A DNA stretch of 64,000 nt. It comes from the human T2T-CHM13v2.0 reference genome, Homo sapiens. The position numbers and the translations under genes are program-made. Positions 43,581 to 64,000 of the stretch are shown in pieces. The stretch is taken from the NCBI RefSeq assembly GCF_009914755.1, contig NC_060929.1; one strand, written 5' to 3'. Positions within the stretch are counted from its first letter, which is position 1, and the number at the start of each line of letters is the position of its first letter. The notes beneath the pieces were generated by a model, which was not told where the DNA came from, did not search any database, and saw nothing but the letters and a program-made list of their open reading frames with translations.

Positions 43581-44502
43581 ACAAAAGAATCTAGGAAATA
43601 TTCATTCTACTGTGAAGGACACAGTAGAGGGTCAGGCAGTCCAATCTGTGATTAACGGGAGTTTTACAAAAAGCAAGGAAAATGCTCTTCAGAGGAAAAA
43701 GATTTTAAAAAAAAGTCTCTTGAAATTTCAAAAAATTTGTTTTTACATTTATACTTTCTCACTTCACAGCCCTCAAGGACGTTTTGTTCTGAAGACTCTC
43801 ATATTCAGCTCTGGGAAATAATTATTTCTCTGATTATCCCTTCAACTTTTGAAGATTACCAGATTTCTCAACAGCAATACTGTGGTCTGGAATAAAAGGG
43901 GGCACTTCCCTCAGACTTTGGAGAAGACATTATTTTGAACTAGAATTCTGTCTACAGCCATACTCTCAATGAAGTAAGATGGCAGAATAAAGATGATTAC
44001 ACTAGCAATGAATGGCTTTACTTTCCACACACCCATCCTGAAAACACTCTGCAAGAATAGAGAACAAATCCAGTAATAAAATTAAATCTCAGGATTTCTA
44101 GGTCTGAAGCCAACCTAGAAGGCATTCTATCCAAATTAGAACAAACAATGAGAGATTTTTAGAACAACTGTTTACAAGAAGCATGATTAAATGGATACCA
44201 TTCAATAGCAGGAAGATACCATGCATTCAAAACATTTTTTATCGAGCATTATGTGCCCAGGTACTGTTTAGACACTGAGGATACAGCAGTGAACAAATTT
44301 CTTAAGCCTCCAAGAGTTTTTATTCTAGTGGGGGGATGCAGAAAGACATTAAGCCAAATAAAGTGAATTATGTAACAGATTAGAAAATGGTAAGTGCTCT
44401 GGATAAATAACTGGGGATGTAGGAGAGGAATTGTAGTTTAAAATATCACCGTGCTGAGACAGTGACATTGAAGCTGAGATGTTAGTAATATAGTTAACAC
44501 AT

Positions 44503-45167
44503 TGTGTTAGGCCTTCTTGCATTGCTATAAAGAAATACCCAAGGCTGGGTGATTTATAAAGAAAAGAGGTTTAATTGCCTCACGCTTCTGCAGGCTTTAT
44601 AGGAAGCATGGTGCTAGCACCTGCTCAGCTTCTGGGGCATCACATGGCCAGAGCATGAGCAAGAGAGAGAGTTGTGGGGGAGGTGCCACACACTTTTGTT
44701 TTTTTTTTGAGATGGAGTCTTGCTCTGCTGCCCAGGCTGGAGTGCAGTGGTGCAATCTCAGCTCACTGCAACCTTCGCTTCTTGAGTTCAAACGATTTTC
44801 CTGCCTCAGCACCTGAATAGCTGGAACTATAGGCACGTGCCACCACACCTGGCTAACTTTTGTATTTTTAGTAGAGGCGGGGTTTCACCATGTTGGCCAG
44901 GCTGGTCTCCAACTCCTGACCTCAGGTGATCCACCTGCCTCGGCCTCCCAAAGTGCAGGGATTACAGGCATGACCACCGCACCTGGTCAGGTGCCACACA
45001 CTTTTAAATGACCAGATCTCACAAGAACTCATTATTGCAAAGACAGCACCAAGCCATGAGGGATCTGCCCCAATGACCCAAACACCTCCCATCAAGCCCC
45101 ACCTCCATCATTGGGAATTACAATTCAACATGAGATTTGGGTGGGGACAAATATCCAAACTGTGTCA
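44503..45167. mobile_element. MST-type ERVL-MaLR solo LTR with a nested Alu (44698-44988, -)
   Basis: TG...CA ends. 5-bp TSD CACAT/TACAT. MST motifs (attgctataaagaaatacc, caacatgagatttgg). Alu TSD AGGTGCCACACACTTTT. Confidence 0.88.
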
Positions 45168-45992
45168 TACATTTTACCATCAACAAACAAAAAGGAAAGA
45201 CAATTCTAGATAGGTTTGTCTAAACCAAAAACAGGTCCAAAGATATAACATGATTTTGAGCAATTACTGCGTGTACTCCAAGTGCCTAGAACAGGATGGG
45301 CCATGCAGAAGGCACTCAGTAAATATGTTCTGTAAAATTTAAGAAAGGAAATGTCATCTGAGAGGGATGACTTTAGAGACAAATATTGCATTTCATTTAG
45401 CGCTCATCACATATCTTGTTTGTACAGTGCATTATAAATATATTTAAACACCTTTTAAGTGAAAGCATAAAATACTATAGCCACAGAACAAAATGTAAAT
45501 TTTAGAAAACAAAATTCAGAAGATGGTATAGGGTTAAAGGAATGGAGGGGAATATAACTGTCAATCTCCTTTATATACATATTCAGAACTCATGAACTCT
45601 CTATACATGTTATGTTTAAAATTATCATTTGAAGTTCTAACAGATGAGATATTTAGATGTAAAAATATAACAAAAACTGGAAGGAGGAGGACAAGGATTC
45701 TGTTACAAGCCCCATCTTTTGGTGCATAAAATCATTTGCATAATTCAAAGTTGATGAATCAAGAAATGAAGTTATACTTACGTTATTTAAAGGAAGTAAC
45801 CCTCAGAAGACTTCAAAAGACAAATGGCTACAAGTGGTTATCCTTAGGAAGTGGGAATGGGGTTTGGGAAGTGGATAAGGAGACTTTTAATTTCATGCCA
45901 TACTATACTATTTGCATTTCACTCCCTTTATCCTACTAATTTTATTCAGTAATATAAAACAAAATAACAATATGTTTTAAACAAGAAGGATT

Positions 45993-50530
<4,538 letters not shown>

Positions 50531-52222
50531 ATGCCAAAAAACTCCCAAGCCCAAAAAACAAACCAAGAAAGACTAACACATGTACTGTTGTGGTGGGTTG
50601 TAGCCAGAGAGGGAGGTGAAAACCAGTGGGCAGTGATGGAGGGTTGCAGTGATGGAGGGTTGCAACTCCCATGAGAGAAACATGTTTGAGGCATTTATAC
50701 ACATTGAATAAACCCAAATACCAAATGATCTCTCACGTATATGTAATCCATAAAATCTCCTAGGACACTAGAGATAAAGCTGCTAGTCAGCACTGAGATT
50801 GTACAAGTGCAAAATGTAAGGAGAAACTTGACCTTGTGCTTGAACTCCTGCTTGTCAAGTTCTTCATTTCTCTGAAACCCTAGAGCTATAACATGCTAAA
50901 GCACTAACAAGCTTTAAAAGTAGTTATTTTTCTATCATTACCAAAAATACACAATTTGCATTTAAATTCTATTTGAGCTCATGGCTTCCTTGAGGATCAA
51001 AGAAATAGACCAGATGAGGCCAAAGAGCTCTTTCTGTTCCAGGAAGGACAGGACGGGGAAGGTAGAGTTGTGGTCCTGCCTGGGCCTGAGTAGACTCACT
51101 TACTACTTGGAGCAGACACTGAATGTGCTTTCTGGCCTTGGACCTCCCCAAAGCCCACAAGGTGTCTGCTGTGGCCTGGACCTTGGGGTAGGTACTGCTG
51201 CTAGATTGTTACTGGCATTTGGTAACTGCCTATTTTTAGTACTTATTTTCAAATTAAAAAATGTTTGAAGCCTTTCATTCTGAACCCTGTCCAGCCTACA
51301 CTATTTGGTTTAAATAATACAACATCTTCCTAAGTTTCTAGGGCACAGAACACAGTGTTGGGTCTGGGCTCCTAATGAGCAAAAGATTTGAGGCTGCAGG
51401 CATTTTCCCCTCCAGCCAGGTGACAGCCAGGAAGACGGTCCCTGTAAGTCTAGCAGAGTAGCTTAGACTCCTCTTTTCTGCATCTGCCTCTCTGAGACCT
51501 ATGTAAATGGCTGTCCCCTTTGAGACAACAGAGATAAGCACTGGCAGCAGGTAACTTACCAGACTTAACCCCAGTTCGTCATTCTGTCCTGTAAGAGTTC
51601 CTATGTTTCCCTGTCTTATAACAATTCCCCAAATCCATTTCTTTGGGCAACTATTGCTTCCCCAATCTGTGGGGTTCTGGTGGGCCTGCCAGTCACAGTA
51701 ACCAGTTCTCTCCTCCCCACAGGTGTGTGCATGAGGGCAGGCTAGGGTGAGGCCTTCCCTGGAATTTCCAGCTTGTAGAGCGGGGTCAGTTCCTGTATGA
51801 CCCCAGACACTTCACATAACTATAGCCCAGCACGTGAAGAAAACCTGCTGGTAATGGGGAAGGATAAGGCCAACAGACAGCTGAAATGACAAGTGGAGAG
51901 CAGGAAGGAGAGCTCAAGTGCCCTGGAGGTGTTGCATCCTGACCCTTGGGTGTTCCAGGGAATACCCAGTTATTAGCTCTTTGGCTTTGAGCAAGATATG
52001 TATCATCTCCAACCATCTGTTTCATAATCTATGAAACTGGGAGAGTAAAAGCTCTTTTCTAGGATGGTTGTGAGAATTAGATCACATAAGCAAAGCCCAT
52101 GCCCATCACAGGACTTGTGTTTACTCAGCTCCTCCTGTGCCGGAACTTGCTGAGCTCCCCTCTCTCCTCCCTTGTTAGGCTGGGGCTGTAAAATAGAAAT
52201 CTGGAACTAATAAAAGTCTAAT

Positions 52223-52643
<421 letters not shown>

Positions 52644-54038
52644 CTATGTTGCTGATTTTCTCTTTCACTAGTCCTTACAAATCCCCCATTTTATGAAACA
52701 CCAAGGGCCTGAGGAACTTTCACAAGAGCAGCCTTCAGCTAGACTGAAGTGCCTGCCTGCCTTCAGATTATTCATTATGTCAGAGAGCTGCAAGAGGTGA
52801 CTGGCAGACAAGAGAGAAAACTCTCTACTCAGTTCACAAACTGCCAAGCAGAAAGACGAGTGTGCCAATGTAAGGCAGGTCAAAGAACTGCCCTGCATTC
52901 TGGATTCTGAGTCAAGGAGATCACTAAGAGGTTTGTTTAATCCTAGACCATGCTGTGTTTGCCTCTCATTGACTTCCTGGCTTGGCTGCAATGGGTTGTC
53001 CCCTTCCTTAGCGCCTGGCAGGCTAGGAAAGTCCAATGTCCATGTCACAGGGTTTGGCACGTGGTGTTTTCCACATGCGATGCTACATCAAGATTTGTGT
53101 CTGAGGTTTCAGTTGAAATTATCAAATGGCTTTTCTCAAGCCATTCATGATCTGCTCATCCACTATTAAGTCCCTGCTATATGCGATGCACAGCAAGTAT
53201 GCTCTGTATAAAACACCAGTCATCATCTTAGTGCCCTCAAGCAAACAAGGACCCCGTGTGTTATGGTTTATAGAGCCATGCAGAATTCCTGCTGCCTGAG
53301 GAACAAAAACAGCCCAGTCTTGAGGTCTTGAGTAGTTGCTGAAAAATCTGAGCTTTTAACATGGTCTCTTTTAGGGTCTCCAATTCTTATTATGGTCAGG
53401 CTCTCACACACCTGCTTTTTAACAAGATCTCACTAAAGGCAACAATTTTTGCTGGCATAGCGTGTTGGGCACAGGTGGTCTCAATTATTGTTTATCCCAA
53501 GTACGCATGTAAATGTGAAAAGAGAAAAGTACATCGGGCAATTGAGTCTGACTTTCATTTTTCAGCTGTGTGTCCAAGTCTACTGTAAGGCAATTCTTAA
53601 TGTACACTTGATTTCCATAATGTTTCCCTTCTATTTTCCCACCTGCTGTTGGCTTTGAACAACCTTACCTGAGCTGAGAATGGCTGCTTCTCTGGCAAGA
53701 AGTTTCTAGAATGTGTTTGCTGGGCCAAAGCTTGGACACCTGATCTCTTCAGAGATCTTGTGGATAGACTGATAGAGAAGAAAGAAAATAACTCATGCAG
53801 CAATGTATAAAACAGACGAAGAGGTGTTACAATGATCAAAAGGGACAAAGTAAAACATACAGAAGTCTAACTGATTCTGCATCATTGTGAATCAAATTAC
53901 ATACTAACATGAATTTTACAGAGATCCAAAGCCTTTTTGAGCTAAAGCCAAAGAACCAGGAGATCTTTATTTTTTTAACTGCAGTAAAATATACACAACA
54001 TAAAATTTACCATGTTAACCATTGTTTTTCCTTTTTGA

Positions 54039-54179
<141 letters not shown>

Positions 54180-54920
54180 TAAAAGTTTTTATTTGTATAG
54201 ACAGGAGTCTTGCTCTGTTGCCAGGCGGGTCTTCAACTCCTGGGCTCAAGCAATTCTCTTGCCTCAGCCTCCCAAAGTGCTGGGATTATAGGCATAAGCC
54301 ATCATGCCTGGTCTTTTTTTTTTTTTTTTTTGAGACCGATTCTCCCTCTGTCTTCCAGGCTAGAGCACAGTAGCGTGATCTTGGCTCACTGCAACCTCTG
54401 CCTCCCACGTTCAAGTAAACCTCATACCTCAGCCTCCTGAGTAGCTGGGACTACAGGCGCACGCCACCATGCCCAGCCAAGTTTTGTATTTTCAGTAGAG
54501 ACAGGATTTCACCATGTTGCCCAGGCTGGTCTTGAACTCTCGGCCTCAAGTGATTCACCCACCTTGGCCTTCCAAAGTACCAGGATTACAAGTGTGAGCC
54601 ATCAAGCCCAGAAGTCTTAACCATTTTTAAGAGTACGATATCAGTAGTGTTAAGTACTTTCACATGTTGTACAACCACATTCGCATTGCTGTTGAACATT
54701 TTCATCTTGCAAAACTATACTAATTAAATAACTCCCCATTTCTCCCTACGCCTGGCAACCACCATTCTACTTTATCTATGAATTTGACTGCTCTAAGTAC
54801 CTCATAAATTCATATACATGTTCTCATGTATCCATATATATGTGGAATCATACAATATTTGTCTTTCAGTGACTGGCTTATTTTACTTGGCATGTTTGTT
54901 CTCAAGGTTCATCTATTTTG

Positions 54921-58089
<3,169 letters not shown>

Positions 58090-58290
58090 AAGGTTCATCC
58101 ATTTTGCAGCATGTCAGAATTTCTTTCCTTTTCAAGGTTAATAATGTTTCATTCATTGTATGCATCCAGCATTTTATCCATTCATCCACTGATGGGCACT
58201 TGGGTTGCTTCCACCTTAGCCATTGCTGATAATATTGCTATGAACAAGGGTGTACAAATATCTCTTTGAGACCCTACTCTCAATTCTTTT

Positions 58291-58390
58291 GCACATATAT
58301 ACATATATATATATACACATATATGTATATATACACACACACATATATATACACATATATGTATATATACACACACACACATATATATGT
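58291..58390. repeat. Compound (CA)n/(TA)n microsatellite
   Basis: Alternating runs with a duplicated ~38-bp higher-order unit. Confidence 0.85.
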
Positions 58391-59609
58391 ACCCAGAAGT
58401 GGAACTGCTGGATCATATGGTAATTCCATGTTTAATATTTTGAGGAACTTACATATTATTTTCCAAAGCAGTTGCATTACTTACATTCCCATCAAGAGTG
58501 TACATGACTTCTAATATCTCTACATGCTCTCTAACAATTGTTATTTTCAATTTTTTTGACAGTAACCATCCTCATGGGTGTGAGGTGGTATTTTGTTGTG
58601 ATTTTGACTTGTGGATTAGTGACACTGAACCACTTTTCATGTGCTTGTTGGCCAACTGTTATCTTCTTTGGAGAAATATCTATTCAAATCTTTTACCTTT
58701 TTTTTAAAGACAGGGTATCATTCTGTCACCCAGGCTGGAGTGCAGTGGCAAAATCAGGGCTCACTGCAGCCTCATCTCTTGGGCTGAAGCGATCCTCCCA
58801 CCTCAGCCTCCTGAGTAGCTGGGATTACAGGTATCTGCCACCACGCCTGGCTAATCTTTAAATTTTTTGTGGAGACAGGGTCTCACCATGATGCCCAGGC
58901 TGGTCGTGAACTCTTGGGCTCAAGTAATCTTCCTGCCTTAGCCTACCAAAGTGCTGGGATTCTAGTGTGAGCCACAGTGCTCGGCCATTTTTGCTGCCCC
59001 CAACCCCTTTTTGGCAGAGTCTCCCTCTGTCACCCAGGCTGAAGTGCAGTGGTGTGATTACGGCTCACTGCAGCCTCAACCTCCCAGGATCAAGTGACGC
59101 TCCTGAATGGCCTCCAAAGTAGCTGAGACTGCAGGCACGCGCCTCCATGCCCGGCTAATTTTTAAAATGTTCTGTAGAGATGGGGTCTCTCTATGTTGCC
59201 CAGGCTAGTCTCAAACTCCTGAACTCAAGATATCCTCCTGCCTTGGCCTCCCAAAGTATTGGGATTACAGGCATTGCTCGACCTTCTGCCCATTTTAAAT
59301 TGGGTTTTCTGTTGTTGACAGAGAGATTTTATTTGATAATAATTTAAATAATATTACTTTTAATATTGATAATTTAAAGAAATATTTTTGAAATATGTAT
59401 TTTAAATGTTATATAAAATGCATTTCAAGTATTCCAGTGTAAAATATACACTGTGCTCTCCCAATCAGAATGGAATGGACTTTATTTGAACCCCTACAGA
59501 TAACAATATTGTCATTAAAAATTAGGAAACTGAAATTTAGAAAGGATGAGCACCTTATCCAACAGGACACTGAATTTTTCAGTACTACCTTCAGAGATCA
59601 CTGAACTGT

Positions 59610-60471
59610 AGCCTGTTTTTGTCTAGGCTTAACTAGGGAAGAAGCCACTTTCGATCTCACGCAAATGGTTAACAGAATCTATTTCCTGTGGCTGGGGAGC
59701 TGAGGGCTCTGGCTTCTTGCTGACTATTGGCTGCAGTCCTCCCTTAGCTCCTAGAGGCCTCCTGCAGTTCATGTCCCCATGTGCCTCCTCAACATGTGCA
59801 CTTCATTAAGCCAAGGAGAGCCTAGAGCTAGTTTGCTAGCAAGATGGAGTCTTATACAGTGTAACATAATCGTGCAGCTACATTACACCACCTTTGCCAT
59901 TTTCTATTGCTGTGAAGCAACTCACAGGTCTCAATCATAACCAAGGGGATGATACAGTAGAAAATGGCAAAGGGCATGACTACTAGGACACCAGGGTGGC
60001 AGACTGTATTTTTCAAAAACAGCCACAGCAATATTCTCTGACATGGTCTTCTAGAACCTTGTTACTTTTTATCAACAATTTCCTCTGCTTCCCTGTCACT
60101 GAACCTGGGTGACACACTGTGATACAGCTTGCCTGGCTCTCTCTTTTGCGATACTTGCCCTTGAAACTCAACCTCCATGATCTGAGGCAGGCCAAAACAG
60201 CCCATATGGAGAGATCACATGGAGAGGTTCACGTGGTCAGGAATAGAGGCCTCAAACAACAGCCAGCATTAACTCTCAGCTATGAGCTTTCAAATAATTC
60301 CTGTCCTGAGCCTGAATCTTTCAGCTAAGGCCTTAATCACTGTGGAGCACAGAAAAGCCAGCTTTTCTAAACCCTGTGCAAATTCCTGAACAATAAACAA
60401 GCATAATAAATGGTTGTTTCATGCCACTAAATTTTGGGTTGATTTGTTACACAGCCATAGTAATTGGGACA
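59610..60471. mobile_element. Two oppositely oriented MLT1-type MaLR LTR fragments
   Basis: 59610-59990 is reverse MLT1-like (ccacctttgccattttctattg). 59995-60471 is forward and ends gccactaaattttggg...tttgttacacagccatag. Confidence 0.6.
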
Positions 60472-60474
60472 TGT

Positions 60475-62580
<2,106 letters not shown>

Positions 62581-63010
62581 GAGAACTTGCCAGGGAGTCT
62601 TTGTAATACACAGTTGTTCAATATATATTGTTAGACTTCTGATTTTTTTTTTTTAGTGCATATTTTGTACAGGTATGTTTTTCATTCCCATTCAGAGTTG
62701 GACCATTTGTATTTTCTGGTAGGTTTCTCTTGTGGTCCCTGAAAAAATCCAATGCTTACTGAGTATTGCAAATCCTATGCCCACATTTACAAACAATATA
62801 CATATTAGAGTATTGCTAATACCATACTATCATTCACTGTTATCCAAAGATTATCCAACTAGAACCTAAAATTCTATGACATTTCCTGGTTTGGAAATGC
62901 TTCAATTTTGTCAAATATTTCACTATTGGCTGCAGAAACATCTGCAATGACGACTAAGAAATTACCTTGCTCTCTCTTTAAAAGGAGACTTCCAAGAGTC
63001 ATATTGTAGC

Positions 63011-63029
63011 GTGGCGCCACCTGGTGGTT
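63011..63029 (-). promoter_or_regulatory. CTCF core motif
   Basis: Minus strand reads AACCACCAGGTGGCGCCAC, close to the core consensus CCASYAGRKGGCRS, in apparently non-repeat DNA. Confidence 0.7.
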
Positions 63030-63489
63030 CCACTGTATCCAACGTATTTTTTTTCTTCTACCATCTCTTCCCCCTTTCAGCCCTTTTCTTGTTTCTCCTC
63101 TTCCCAGGTTCATCTGCCACTACATTCCACATTAGACAGCAGCACAGTTAACACTTCGCCATGGCCAATTCCGAACCTATGCAGAGTTTTACAGAATGAG
63201 ATAAAGCACTTCTCTGTATGTTTATTAGATAATTTTTTCTTTTATGAAGTGCTTCATTAAGGTTTTTGCCCATTTTTCTATTGGGTGTTCCTTTTCTTTG
63301 GTATACAGAAGTACTTTACATACCTGGACACCTGTCCTTTGACGGTTATATGAATTAATATATTTCCCAACTCTACAGGCTTTTTGTTTTTGTAAATGGT
63401 GTTTTTTGGTGAATGCATTCTAGTATAGTCAAATATATCAATCACTTCATTTAGAGTTACATTTTCTTTTACCTTATTTAAGGAATCCT

Positions 63490-63802
<313 letters not shown>

Positions 63803-64000
63803 TTATTACTTCTGAAATTTTGTTATACAACTTTGTTATTTCTTCTGTAAGTGTTTGGTAGAACTTACCAGTAAAGTCATCCAAGACTGAAGTTTTCTCT
63901 GTGGAAAAGCTTTTAAAGAGGATTTAATTTCTTTAATAGAGGACTATGAAGTTTTCCATCTTGTTATAGTTTTGTTAAGCTGTGTTTTCTATGAATTTGT

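Noticed and set aside
50630-50664. 16-bp tandem GCAGTGATGGAGGGTT x2
   Set aside because: Simple slippage duplication with no further structure.
58182-58514. YI/CV-repeat ORFs
   Set aside because: Translations of a TA/CA microsatellite.

Overview
Human (primate) genomic DNA, AT-rich and dense in Alu and L1 repeats. It carries the 3' part of CDC42SE2 (SPEC2, CDC42 small effector 2) on the + strand. Three phase-0 coding exons (5055-5108, 31104-31205, 36554-36652) splice to the 84-aa CRIB protein [85 protein letters not shown] ~3.6 kb 3'UTR follows and ends near 40230. The promoter and upstream exons lie before the window. The rest is intron and downstream DNA made of about 45 Alu copies or fragments, old L1M/L1PA/L1PB pieces, an LTR1-type solo LTR, MaLR LTRs, hAT/Tigger DNA transposons, L2 and MIR. 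Most ORF-track entries are repeat-derived noise. I see no evidence of a new multi-gene system. The best leads are post-transcriptional and regulatory: a donor 17 nt after the stop codon (candidate Alu-removing 3'UTR intron), downstream cryptic exons, a symmetric CRIB exon, a circRNA-prone start exon, a strong CTCF motif, a RUNX/E-box cluster and well-preserved nested insertions. Repeat family names come from recall of consensus sequences, and repeat boundaries are approximate unless target-site duplications (TSDs) are quoted.
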